Shown piece after piece: positions 1 to 9,589 of a DNA stretch of 64,000 nucleotides. The stretch lies in sequence record DRR723986_1326. One strand, given 5' to 3'. How positions within the stretch are numbered: position 1 is the stretch's first letter; the number at the start of each line of letters is the position of its first letter. Made by a program: the position numbers and the translations under genes. Below the pieces are notes generated by a model, which saw only the letters and a list, made by a program, of their open reading frames with translations, did no database searches and was not told the origin of the DNA.

Positions 1-5
1 ACAAA

Positions 6-89
6 GTAGCAGGCACACTCCGTGGGCCGTTCGCAATCCTTAAAAGCCCTGCTTTTCAGTCGTTACGGCACACGGAGTGTGCCTACGAC
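6..89. repeat. REP/REPIN-like inverted repeat pair (GTAG-type)
   Basis: GTAGCAGGCACACTCCGTGGGCCGT (6-30) matches the reverse complement of ACGGCACACGGAGTGTGCCTACGAC (65-89) at 22/25; each arm is itself a small hairpin. Confidence 0.75.
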
Positions 90-201
90 TATGAAGCCGC
101 CTATCACCAAGAAGTGTCGTGTTTAGGCGCTAATTTCCCAATGGATTGGATTAATTCCCAATAAACCATTCGCCCAGGCGAACTTCTGGTATTGGCGTGA
201 A

Positions 202-1029
202 TTGGTTTACAATTGGGGGCTGACCATGGAACTGCATTCGGATCGTGCCCTCGGGCCAGCCGTTAGCGGCGACGCAACACCAGGCGACGGGCAAGCAGCG
301 CAGGCTCAGCAACGTGGTGCGGGTATGGGCAATATTCTTGGCGGCCCTTGGAGAGCTTTTATGAAGCATCAGCAGAACGCACTGACTCGCAGCACTCAGG
401 TGGTCAGCAAAGAGACTCGCAAACGCGATCTATTCACTGAAGAGACTGCCACCAGCACTTCACAAATCCTGTGGATAGACGGGGTCGGCGGGTTCCAGCT
501 TATCCAGGCGGATGATGTTGTCATCGGCCAAGCGGTTCCGTCAGCGAGAGTGGACATTGCCATCGTTGGCGATTTGAGCAGGCAAGCTTGCGCGATCCGC
601 CGAGCAAGCGGTGACTACGTCATCCAGCCGCTCCAACCGATGAAACTGAATGATCAGCCGATTGACCGATCACAGCTCCTTGTCGATAGCGGCAGCATTA
701 CACTTGGCGAGCGTGTTCGACTGCTGTTCCGCAAGCCAAGCCCGCTGAGCAGCTCAGCAATGATCACAATGGAAAGCCTGAATCGTTTCAAGCCGACCGT
801 CGATGGTGTCCTACTCTTGGCTGACTCGTGCATTATCGGCCCAAACCCAAGCAGTCATATTCACTGCCCGAATTGGGACACTGAAGTCCTGCTGTTCAAG
901 AAGGCAGATCAATGGGTTTTCCGCGTGATGGAGCCGGTCGATGTCGACGGCACGGAAACCCAGGGGCACATTGAACTCAAGCCGGGCCTGCGGGTTCGCG
1001 GAGAAGCGTTTTCGTTCAGCGTTGAATAG
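202..1029 (+). CDS. FHA-like domain protein (two degenerate FHA-like beta-sandwich repeats); true start may be 226 or 361
   Basis: Pattern LWIDGVGG..VVIGQ..DIAIVGDLSRQACAIRR..LVDSGSITLG, repeated as CIIGPNPSSHIHC; lies upstream of a kinase. Confidence 0.7.
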   Translation: MVYNWGLTMELHSDRALGPAVSGDATPGDGQAAQAQQRGAGMGNILGGPWRAFMKHQQNALTRSTQVVSKETRKRDLFTEETATSTSQILWIDGVGGFQLIQADDVVIGQAVPSARVDIAIVGDLSRQACAIRRASGDYVIQPLQPMKLNDQPIDRSQLLVDSGSITLGERVRLLFRKPSPLSSSAMITMESLNRFKPTVDGVLLLADSCIIGPNPSSHIHCPNWDTEVLLFKKADQWVFRVMEPVDVDGTETQGHIELKPGLRVRGEAFSFSVE

Positions 1030-1203
1030 CCGCCCGGGCGATTTGTAGGCAATCTGATCATCAACTACAGCGCCTAATTTAACTGCCAGGCGTGCCAATA
1101 TTAACAGTGGAAGTTCGAATAAATAGCTACTGCCGGTGCTCGCTGAAAAGCTGGGCGTTGGCAGAACGACCGTGCGAAGCCAGGGCAGGAGAGACAGTTC
1201 AAG

Positions 1204-3489
1204 ATGCTAAATTTGCTGCCTAAAAAGTCAAAATCTCAAGCTGGTTCAGCGACAGCCCTGCCGCTGGACACCGACAAGCCAAAGAATCAAACACATGGGG
1301 AATCTGAATCGCACGCCGACGGAAGTTCAACAGAGGCACTGCGAGCAGTACGGGGAACAGCAATGAAGTTTCGATTCGGTAACGGCGACAAACCCCTCAG
1401 TGGCTTTACAATCAAACGCGGCGTCGGTGTCGGGGGGTTTGGTGAAGTCTACTTTGCGACCAACGATGCTGGCAAAGAAGTCGCCCTGAAACAGATCCAG
1501 CGGAACCTTGATGTTGAAGTCCGCGGTGTTCGGCAGTGCATGAATCTGAAGCACCCGAACTTGATCTCGCTCTACGACATCCAATTCGATGCTGACAACC
1601 AGGGCTGGATTGTCATGGAATACGTCTCCGGCATGAGCCTGCGAGACACTCTGGAGCAAAGCCCCGAAGGACTAGACCGCAGCGAACTGAATCGATGGTT
1701 TGGCCAAATCGTTGCCGGCGTAGCGTATCTACATGACCACGGCATTGTACACCGGGACCTCAAGCCAGCGAACATCTTTCAGGACGAAGGCATTGTAAAG
1801 ATTGGCGACTACGGCCTGTCGAAGTTTATCTCCTGCTCACGTCGTGGCGGCCAAACGGAAAGTGTCGGCACGTTTCACTACATGGCACCTGAGATTGGCA
1901 AGGGCGAGTACGGCAAGGAGATTGATGTCTATGCTCTGGGCGTAATGCTCTTCGAGCTTGCTACCGGCACCGTCCCGTTCGATGGCGAGAGCAGCCAAGA
2001 AATCATCATGAAGCACCTGACCGCCGACCCTGAACTAAGCGCGGTCGCATCGCCAATTCGCGAAGTCGTCTCAAAAGCCTTAGCCAAGAATCCTACTCAT
2101 CGCTACAGCGATGTCCGTGACATGGTCCGTCCGCTCGGCCTGGATGTTGACGAGCACTACATGCTGGTCAGAACGACCGCGGCCGTTCCGCACGCTGCAA
2201 CCGCATCGGCAAAGACGCAAGCCGCTGAACCAGCTATGGTCGAACCGCCTGCCATTCACAAACCTATGCCGCAGTATGCTGCGGATCAAGGCAGTGCGCC
2301 CGAGCCAAAGCCTCAGTATACGTCATCGAAACCGAATCCTGGCCGGAACCGTCCTAAGCCAGCACCGGCTGCGGACGCTACTTTTGCCAGTGCAGCTTAC
2401 AACGAACCTATCCTCCGTAATCTGAAATCTGGCTGGGGCGGTCTGAATCGATGGTGGGCCAGCCTACCGATTACTGGTGGATTCAAGGCTTTGATCTTAG
2501 CGTTTGCAGTGGTTATTGCCGCATTGAACGCTCCATCCATCGCTTCAATCGTGTTCGTTGGATTGCTGTTTTACATCCCCTACTACATCGTGTGGTGGCT
2601 GGTTCGAAAACCCGCTCCGCCGCAGACGGTTGCCTACACATCAAAGTCGCGAGAACGTTCGCCAGTCCGGCCGCTCCACGCGGAACAGGGCGGACAATTG
2701 AATCAAGCGTATCCAGAGCCTGTTCCCATCCACACCCGGCCTCTCGAGCCGAAGCCAATCCCCAAGCCAGCCCCTAAAAAGGGACCAATCAGTGCTCGAC
2801 AGTGGAAGGTTGCCAAGCGAATGCAGCTAGCCCAAGTCAGAAGCGGGCAGGTTGCGACTGAAGTCACTGGCAGTTGGTTAGGTGCCGCCGCCGTTATCGG
2901 AGTACTTGGCACGCTGACGACGATCTTCTTCTTCGGAAGTGGTGTCGAGAGTCAGGGCGTCATCAATGGCATGGTGTGGGTCGGGGCAGTCGCCCTGATG
3001 GTATCGTGGGTTTCGATCGCTCTTGGAAAGCGATGGCAAAGTTCCGAAGGTGACTGGGCCGTGCGAGCATTTGTTCAGCTCACGTCCGGCTTTGCAGTTG
3101 GTCTCGCAGCGTACGGATTAGCTGAATTCTTGATGATCTCTTGGGATGCAATCCCCGGCGTTGACCGACGTACGCTCGACATTGCAGGCCGACGCTGGAA
3201 TGGCTTCTTTGAAAACGGAGCCCCATTGCTCCCTGCTTACTTGGCCTACTTCCCGCTGTTGATGGGATTGGTTGGTTGGTGGAAGCAGTCTGATCCACTT
3301 CGCCGAACACGCTTCAGCTTCTTCACCGTTGTCTGGGCTGCGATTGCTGCTTCACTCGTACACTTGTTGATCGCATTCCCGCAGCAGTGGGGCGTTATGG
3401 TCGCCGTCGGTGCTTCCGTGGCCGTTCAGTTGTCGAGTTCTTGGATCAATCCCACCGAGCGGTTGATCGCAGATCGCAAGGCCGCCTAA
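1204..3489 (+). CDS. Membrane-anchored Hanks-type Ser/Thr protein kinase
   Basis: GVGGFGEV, VALK, HRDLKPAN, DYG and APE motifs; Pro-rich linker; multiple C-terminal TM helices. Confidence 0.93.
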   Translation: MLNLLPKKSKSQAGSATALPLDTDKPKNQTHGESESHADGSSTEALRAVRGTAMKFRFGNGDKPLSGFTIKRGVGVGGFGEVYFATNDAGKEVALKQIQRNLDVEVRGVRQCMNLKHPNLISLYDIQFDADNQGWIVMEYVSGMSLRDTLEQSPEGLDRSELNRWFGQIVAGVAYLHDHGIVHRDLKPANIFQDEGIVKIGDYGLSKFISCSRRGGQTESVGTFHYMAPEIGKGEYGKEIDVYALGVMLFELATGTVPFDGESSQEIIMKHLTADPELSAVASPIREVVSKALAKNPTHRYSDVRDMVRPLGLDVDEHYMLVRTTAAVPHAATASAKTQAAEPAMVEPPAIHKPMPQYAADQGSAPEPKPQYTSSKPNPGRNRPKPAPAADATFASAAYNEPILRNLKSGWGGLNRWWASLPITGGFKALILAFAVVIAALNAPSIASIVFVGLLFYIPYYIVWWLVRKPAPPQTVAYTSKSRERSPVRPLHAEQGGQLNQAYPEPVPIHTRPLEPKPIPKPAPKKGPISARQWKVAKRMQLAQVRSGQVATEVTGSWLGAAAVIGVLGTLTTIFFFGSGVESQGVINGMVWVGAVALMVSWVSIALGKRWQSSEGDWAVRAFVQLTSGFAVGLAAYGLAEFLMISWDAIPGVDRRTLDIAGRRWNGFFENGAPLLPAYLAYFPLLMGLVGWWKQSDPLRRTRFSFFTVVWAAIAASLVHLLIAFPQQWGVMVAVGASVAVQLSSSWINPTERLIADRKAA

Positions 3490-3496
3490 GGTCGTC

Positions 3497-5086
3497 GTGA
3501 AACAGTTTCCGGATCAAGCTTTTAGGTTACAAGCAATGTCAATGAACATGCAAACATCCAGAACGACTAAGCGAAGCCTTTGGCCGCAACGAATCGGCGT
3601 AGCGACACTGATGGGATTGAGCCTGGCGTTTCCGCTGGTCGTCAGCGCCGACGATTCTACGATTCGAATCGCTCCGCCAGCAGTCGGACTGCCTCCGATT
3701 CCTGCCGCTCAAGAAACAGCAGCCACAGAGGCCTCGACTGCAGACGCTACGGCGACGCAAGCAACCGAAGAAGCTACTGCGGCGGCACCGCAAGAAACTA
3801 CGTCGGACAGAAACTCGACAACGACAACGGAAGCTAAGGCGACATCTTCGGCAACTCCGACTCCGCCCGCTCCTACGCCCCCAAAACCAGCACAGCCAGA
3901 ACCAACACAGCCAGAACCAGCACAACCGGCCAGCGAATCAGACGCTTTGTCAGCGACGGCCGATGCTGAGCAAGCGGAAGACCAAGCGCAGTCACCCGAC
4001 CAGTCCCCAATGGACGCTGAAGTTGCTACCTTCGGCTCAAGCTCTCCGCTAGAGGATGATGTTCAAGGGCTGATCAGCCAAACTGGGTTGGATGAAACTG
4101 GGCTGGGCGAAACTGGCCTAGCGCTCGACGCCGATCAAACACGAAGTCTGTCGGTTGAACCTGGCGGCGACCCTTTACTACCAGCGGACTTTCCCGCTTG
4201 GATTCTCACCGAAGTGCACCGCGTCGCAGACGTGGATCACTTTCCGGTCGGTGGCATTCCGACAAGCCAGAAGGTCAATGTCGACGATGGCCTGAACACC
4301 CCAATGCGTACAGCACTAGCAAAGTACGTCCAACAACTGGTCGGTCCAGAGAACTTTGAAGGCCTGGGCGAAAATGTTACTTCGGATTACATCCGAAAGA
4401 ACCTGATCGACGAACCAAATGGCTACATTGCTGAAATAGCGACCAGCGAAGGCCCCATGTATCAAAAATGGGTCAAGCTAAGCGTTACACCAAGCCAACG
4501 CGAGCAGCTTCGCGAATGGAATCGGGAAGAGATCCAAGCCATGAATTTGCCGGTGGTAGCCATCGGCCTCATTGGCCTTCTTGGTTTCGTTGGCTTGACG
4601 CATGTCGTGCTGAAAAGCGTTTGTGGCACTCCAAAGCTCAAGGCCGAAGTGACAGCCGCCGACGCGGTTGCCGCCAAGAAGTCGAGCGGCGGTGCCGTCG
4701 GATTCTTGCTGGTTCTGATGTTTCTACTTGGAATCCCCGCCCTTCTGTTGGTTGGATACTCAACACGAGCGGTCTCCCAGCAGCAGGTTATCGAACACGA
4801 ATTTGCTGAAACCAGAGCCCTAACATTGAGCGAAGAGATTCAGCGTGTCGCCGAGGAGGCAGCTCGTGTTGGTGCGGAAGCTCAGAATGCTCGAAACAAA
4901 GTCTCTGGTGAACTCAGCGACGCACTCCGGGAACTCAAGGACGCACGGAGTGAGTTCTTGAATGAGCAATCATCGGCCCGTGCGGACCGCCAGTTGCAAG
5001 GCCAGTCCAGTGGCGACACAATGGTTGGACCTTCCACAACGATCCGGGGTCGTGGCAATCAGACGGTAATCATTCGGCCACGTTGA
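3497..5086 (+). CDS. Hypothetical membrane protein with signal peptide, A/T/P-rich linker and two TM segments (start possibly 3535-3547)
   Basis: 529-aa ORF tightly packed between the kinase and the sigma factor; hydrophobic N-terminal and internal segments. Confidence 0.8.
   Translation: MKQFPDQAFRLQAMSMNMQTSRTTKRSLWPQRIGVATLMGLSLAFPLVVSADDSTIRIAPPAVGLPPIPAAQETAATEASTADATATQATEEATAAAPQETTSDRNSTTTTEAKATSSATPTPPAPTPPKPAQPEPTQPEPAQPASESDALSATADAEQAEDQAQSPDQSPMDAEVATFGSSSPLEDDVQGLISQTGLDETGLGETGLALDADQTRSLSVEPGGDPLLPADFPAWILTEVHRVADVDHFPVGGIPTSQKVNVDDGLNTPMRTALAKYVQQLVGPENFEGLGENVTSDYIRKNLIDEPNGYIAEIATSEGPMYQKWVKLSVTPSQREQLREWNREEIQAMNLPVVAIGLIGLLGFVGLTHVVLKSVCGTPKLKAEVTAADAVAAKKSSGGAVGFLLVLMFLLGIPALLLVGYSTRAVSQQQVIEHEFAETRALTLSEEIQRVAEEAARVGAEAQNARNKVSGELSDALRELKDARSEFLNEQSSARADRQLQGQSSGDTMVGPSTTIRGRGNQTVIIRPR
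3886..3930 (+). repeat. Intragenic 15-bp tandem repeat x3 encoding PAQPE/PTQPE
   Basis: aaccagcacagccag aaccaacacagccag aaccagcacaaccgg. Confidence 0.7.
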
Positions 5087-5126
5087 TCTGGCCCCTCAAA
5101 GAGCCTTATCGACGGTGAGAACTTGA

Positions 5127-5777
5127 ATGAGCGATTCTGCAGCGGCTGACCAAATTCTGGTCGAACAGATTAGCCAGGGAGACGACTCTGCCTGGGAAAC
5201 GTTGATTGGCAAATACGAAGGTCGTCTGCTGGCGTTCGTCGAAAGCCGCATGCGGAATCGAAGCACGAGCGAGGACATCGTTCAAGAAACCTTCGTTGGC
5301 TTTCTGAACAGTCTGCCTAACTACGACCGTCGCCGCCCGCTTGAGAGCTATCTGTTTTCGATCTGTGCCTATAAACTCACCGATCATCTCCGCCGCGAGG
5401 GTCGCCGGCCAGCCATCTCGTTGACGCAAAACGCGTCGGACGGGTCTTCCTCTCCGTGGCAAATCATATCTGCCGGAGTAAAAGGCGCGAGCAGTATCGT
5501 TCGCAGTGGCGAGCGAAAAAACCTGGAGGAGAACGCCATCCTCGACGCACTCAAAGATCAGATTGAGAAGTGGCAGAAGCGAGGCGATTGGACAAAGCTC
5601 AAGTGCATCGAACTGCTTTTTGTCGTTGGACTAGGCAATAAAGAAGCTGCCGAAGAACTCGGAATCACAGAGCAACAGGTCGCCAATTTCAAGTTCGACT
5701 TTCTGGCCAGAACGAAGACTCTAGTCGGCCGGCAGCACCTGGACGACGAAGTGTTTCCGGAGCTTTCGGGCGAATAG
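5127..5777 (+). CDS. ECF sigma-70 family RNA polymerase sigma factor (kinase-associated type)
   Basis: Region 2 AWETLIGKYEGRL..TSEDIVQETF..YLFSICAYKLTDHLRR; region 4 HTH GLGNKEAAEELGITEQQVAN. Confidence 0.92.
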   Translation: MSDSAAADQILVEQISQGDDSAWETLIGKYEGRLLAFVESRMRNRSTSEDIVQETFVGFLNSLPNYDRRRPLESYLFSICAYKLTDHLRREGRRPAISLTQNASDGSSSPWQIISAGVKGASSIVRSGERKNLEENAILDALKDQIEKWQKRGDWTKLKCIELLFVVGLGNKEAAEELGITEQQVANFKFDFLARTKTLVGRQHLDDEVFPELSGE

Positions 5778-5790
5778 CCGTTTGGCCCGT

Positions 5791-7203
5791 CTACGACTGA
5801 AGGGCTTTCCGCACGACGTGACCGTGAACGTCCGTCAGACGGAAATCGCGGCCAGCGTGATGAAACGTCAGCCGCTCATGGTCGAGCCCCAAACAGTGTA
5901 GCCAGGTCGCTTGCACATCATGCACGTGCACCGGATCTTCGGTCACGTGAAAACCAAATTCATCCGTCTGTCCAATTGTCTGCCCGCCCTGAATCCCTCC
6001 ACCGGCCATCCACATCGTGAACGCTTGCGGATGATGGTCTCGCCCTAGTTTTCTTCCAAGCGCGGGATTGGATTCAACCATTGGGGTCCTGCCAAACTCG
6101 CCGCCCCAAATGACGAGAGTCTCGTCCAGCAAACCACGTCGCTCCAAATCGGCGATCAAACCAGCCGTTCCTTGGTCCGTGGCCGTAGAGTTCTTCTTGA
6201 CGTTTCCAACAACGTTGCTGTGTGCGTCCCAACCACTGTGAAAGATGTTAATGAACCTTACTCCTCGCTCAACCATTCGGCGGGCTAGCAGACACGAGCG
6301 AGCGTAGGAAGGTTTGTCGGCGGCGCAACCGTAGAGGTCCAGCGTCTCCTGAGTCTCCGTCGACAGGTCCATTAGCTCAGGGGCGGAGGTCTGCAATCGG
6401 GCAGCCATTTCGAAGCTGGCGATCCGTGTGGCAATCTCAGGATCTCGGACAGCTTCCAGGCGAGTGCGATTCAAGCTGTTGATCAGCGAATAGGTCTCGT
6501 TCTGCAGTTTGTCGGAGACATTAGCAGGATTCTCGAGATTAAGGATCGGCGCTCCCTTGCTTCGAAACAACACACCGGTGTAATAGGTTGGCAAGAAGCC
6601 ACTGGACCACAGGGCTGAACCGCCACTAAGACCAGCCCCTGTGCTCATGACGATATAAGCAGGCAAGTCCTGTGCTTCGCTGCCCAAGCCGTACATGACC
6701 CACGACCCGAAACTGGGGCGTCCGGGCTGTGAGAATCCTGAATTGAGGAAAAGCTGCGCAGGAGCGTGGTTGAATTGATCGGTGTGCATGGACTTGATAA
6801 AGCACAACTTGTCAGCAACCTTCGCCAAGTGCGGCATCGCGTCGGAAATCTCGGCACCGCTTTCTCCGTGTCGAGCAAACTTAAACTGAGGCCCAAGAAC
6901 CGCCGCATCAGGCTGAATAAAAGCGTAGCGTTGATCACCAATAATGCTGGGCGGTAGAGGCTGCCCCTCAAGCTTGGCTAGCTGTGGCTTTTCGTCGAAC
7001 AGCTCCAATTGGCTGGGGGCCCCGCACATGAAAAGCTGGATGACTGCCTTAGCTTTTGCCGGGAAATGCGGCTTGCGAGACACCTCAGACGCAGCGACGC
7101 CGTTACCCAACAAGCTCGCGGCCGCGACACCGCCAAGGCCAACGCCACACTGCGACAAGAACCACCGACGTTTCAATTGCTGCAGCGGATCTTGACTGGT
7201 CAT
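5791..7203 (-). CDS. DUF1501 domain protein (sulfatase-like fold, Tat signal)
   Basis: RRWFL twin-arginine signal; AKAVIQLFMCGAPSQ, LLARRMVERGVRF, WDAH, GEFGRTP, GRDHHP and RLTDVHG motifs. Confidence 0.92.
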   Translation of the reverse strand: MTSQDPLQQLKRRWFLSQCGVGLGGVAAASLLGNGVAASEVSRKPHFPAKAKAVIQLFMCGAPSQLELFDEKPQLAKLEGQPLPPSIIGDQRYAFIQPDAAVLGPQFKFARHGESGAEISDAMPHLAKVADKLCFIKSMHTDQFNHAPAQLFLNSGFSQPGRPSFGSWVMYGLGSEAQDLPAYIVMSTGAGLSGGSALWSSGFLPTYYTGVLFRSKGAPILNLENPANVSDKLQNETYSLINSLNRTRLEAVRDPEIATRIASFEMAARLQTSAPELMDLSTETQETLDLYGCAADKPSYARSCLLARRMVERGVRFINIFHSGWDAHSNVVGNVKKNSTATDQGTAGLIADLERRGLLDETLVIWGGEFGRTPMVESNPALGRKLGRDHHPQAFTMWMAGGGIQGGQTIGQTDEFGFHVTEDPVHVHDVQATWLHCLGLDHERLTFHHAGRDFRLTDVHGHVVRKALQS

Positions 7204-7275
7204 TGCATGTTCTCCAAAGGGCCAACCGACGGTCGCCTACAGAACGTTGTATCGAAACAAACCGGGCCGACGGAT

Positions 7276-8943
7276 CTACGGCCTAGCTTTTTGTGATTGC
7301 GTATCCAGAACAACCCGCGAGCCAACGATCCGATCGTGCAGGGCCATTCGCTTCTTCCCAAGCACGGGGATCGTGTTGATCAAACTAATGATTTCATCTA
7401 CGGGCGAAAGAAGCACTGCGAGGTAGCTCCAGCCCACTGAGGCGGCACACAGTGTCAGCGAAGCCGCCCACAGCGGCGCGTAGCGAATAACACTTCGGAT
7501 CGCACGCTTTCGGCGATTCACGCGCAGCCCGTTGGAGTCCACAACACGCAACTGGAACAAGTATCGCCCCAAACTACGTAGTCCTCGCCACTCCAAATAA
7601 GTGGCAAAGAGTGGTACCAGCAGAGACAGAAAACTGAAGAGGCTCAATCGGTTGGACAGAACTCCAAAGTAATATGCTGCGCCCTCATTATTGATGGCGA
7701 TCTGATCAAGTTGTTGCTCCAACTGCGCGCCGAAAACGGCAGGGAGTGCAATCAGGCCGATAAGCATTCCCCAAAACATCAAGTCAACCGTGTAGGCTAG
7801 TCCACGCGTTAAGAGTCCCGCGTTGGTCACACCGACCGGTGCGAACGTTTGTAAATCATGCCGAAGAGCGTCGTAGTCAGAGTAGCGATCCTCTGGCGAC
7901 TTGGCCATCAGCCGCTCAAGTACATTCCGCCATTGCTCAGGGACACTAGCGGGCCACTTTTCCGGAAATTCGATTTCCGCTGAACGTTTATTCTTCAGTT
8001 GTTCGGTCAGGGTCGAGCCCGTCACGGCATAGGGTCGCCGGCCAAATGTCAACTCAAACAGAGTAACACCCAGGGCGTACATGTCACTTTGATCGCTCGC
8101 ATCGCAGCCAGCGGACAGTTCAGGAGCCATGTAGCTAATGGTTCCGCTGATGCCGGTCGCTGGCATGGTCCTTTCGGTCTTTGCCAAACCAAAGTCACCG
8201 AGCTTCACAGTGTCTCGGTCGGAAAGAATAAGGTTGCTAGGCTTAATATCACCATGAACGAGGCCTTGTTGACTGGCCTGCTTGAGCGCATCGACAACTT
8301 GGAGCGAATAGTGAATCACATCGACGTAGGCAAGCGGATGTTCGCTCACAAGCTGTGCCAGTGTAGGGCCGGGCAGCAACTCCATCGCAAAGAATGGTTC
8401 CTCACCCTCTCGACCGACGTAGTAGATTGTTACCACATTGGGATGGTTCAGGCGAGCTTGCGAGACCGCTTCATCGAGCAGACGGGTTACTTCTTTGACG
8501 GTCGTGCCCGTTCCCTCTTCCGCAGAACGCATGACCTTCACGGCAACAAACCGTTGCAGCGATTCATCCAGCGCGCGGTACACGGCTCCCATGCCACCGT
8601 AGCCGAGCTTGGAGAGCAGGCGAAAGTGCCCCAGTTCCTCGCCGCTGCGATCGGGACCATCGGTTAAGTGAAACGAAGTACCACTGCCGACTTCACTGCA
8701 AAAGGAAACTGTCTGCGTCGCATCAAGCCCTTGGAGCGAAATTGCTTTTTGGCAACTGGGGCACTCCGACGAACCTCCCTGCTCGACGCGCACGTCGGCA
8801 CCACAGGAACAGCGATAGGTCACCATTCGCTTTAGCTGGAGTGTTTCGGTTTCGCCCGCGTTTACCGGTTCAGACATCTTCCAATCCTTGCCAACGCTGT
8901 GCCGCGCCGTCAATTGATGAAACGGATGCGTTGGCATCGACAC
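7276..8943 (-). CDS. Ser/Thr kinase with N-terminal Zn-ribbon and C-terminal RDD membrane domain
   Basis: CSCG..CPSC; GYGGMGAV, VAVK, HGDIKPSN, DFG; RDD signature TRGLAYTVD..SLGRYLFQLRVV..ALHDRIVGSRVV. Confidence 0.9.
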   Translation of the reverse strand: MSMPTHPFHQLTARHSVGKDWKMSEPVNAGETETLQLKRMVTYRCSCGADVRVEQGGSSECPSCQKAISLQGLDATQTVSFCSEVGSGTSFHLTDGPDRSGEELGHFRLLSKLGYGGMGAVYRALDESLQRFVAVKVMRSAEEGTGTTVKEVTRLLDEAVSQARLNHPNVVTIYYVGREGEEPFFAMELLPGPTLAQLVSEHPLAYVDVIHYSLQVVDALKQASQQGLVHGDIKPSNLILSDRDTVKLGDFGLAKTERTMPATGISGTISYMAPELSAGCDASDQSDMYALGVTLFELTFGRRPYAVTGSTLTEQLKNKRSAEIEFPEKWPASVPEQWRNVLERLMAKSPEDRYSDYDALRHDLQTFAPVGVTNAGLLTRGLAYTVDLMFWGMLIGLIALPAVFGAQLEQQLDQIAINNEGAAYYFGVLSNRLSLFSFLSLLVPLFATYLEWRGLRSLGRYLFQLRVVDSNGLRVNRRKRAIRSVIRYAPLWAASLTLCAASVGWSYLAVLLSPVDEIISLINTIPVLGKKRMALHDRIVGSRVVLDTQSQKARP

Positions 8944-9077
8944 TATCTCAAGACCGCGCTCTACGCTTCAGAATCTGATTGATCGCGGAACTCTCATTCT
9001 ACCCCAGCTTGGCAGAGATGCTTATCGGTCTGGCGAGGGGTTTTGAGCTTTTTGGCGCTCATCCGCTTCGAAAACCG

Positions 9078-9115
9078 TTGACACGCGGCCACAATTGTAT
9101 CATAGTTATGCAACA
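9078..9115 (+). promoter_or_regulatory. Sigma70 promoter overlapped by a YtrA-type GntR operator
   Basis: TTGACA (9078-9083)-N17-CATAGT (9101-9106); imperfect palindrome TGTATCATAGTTATGCAACA (9096-9115, 14/20 self-complementary). Confidence 0.75.
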
Positions 9116-9166
9116 CTGATGGTTTGAGTTCTTTTGCCGCCGCCGCGTTTTATTGGGTTCCAAACG

Positions 9167-9559
9167 GTGAGAATCAAGATCACCACAGGTGACGGGGTCC
9201 CGATTTATCGGCAGGTCGTGTCGCAGATCAAGTACAAGATCGCTTCCGGATCGCTTGCCGCCGGTGACGAATTGCCGCCGATTCGCACCCTGGCAGAGCA
9301 GTTAACGATTACGCCAAACACCATCGTGAAAGCGTACGGTGTCCTGGAGTCGGAAGGCATCATCATCAAGCGACAGGGCGCCGGAACGTTCGTCGCTGAG
9401 GCGGCATCACCATTGGCAAAACGGGAGCAGGTAAAGGTCCTCGAACAGCGCGCCGACGCACTTCTTGCCGAGGCGCAGCTACTTGGAAGCACGTACGACG
9501 AAGTACTGGCAATTCTGCAACGACGTTATGACCTGATGAACCCTAACAAGCAGGCGTGA
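9167..9559 (+). CDS. GntR family transcriptional regulator, YtrA subfamily
   Basis: VPIYRQV..LPPIRTLAEQL..PNTIVKAYGVLESEGII..QGAGTFV; short C-terminal domain; precedes ABC genes; GTG start preferred over TTG at 9134. Confidence 0.92.
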   Translation: MRIKITTGDGVPIYRQVVSQIKYKIASGSLAAGDELPPIRTLAEQLTITPNTIVKAYGVLESEGIIIKRQGAGTFVAEAASPLAKREQVKVLEQRADALLAEAQLLGSTYDEVLAILQRRYDLMNPNKQA

Positions 9560-9589
9560 TGGCGCTGTGCACTTACCTGGAGCGATGCG

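Noticed and set aside
7999-8667. 222-aa plus-strand ORF
   Set aside because: Antisense shadow of the kinase domain.
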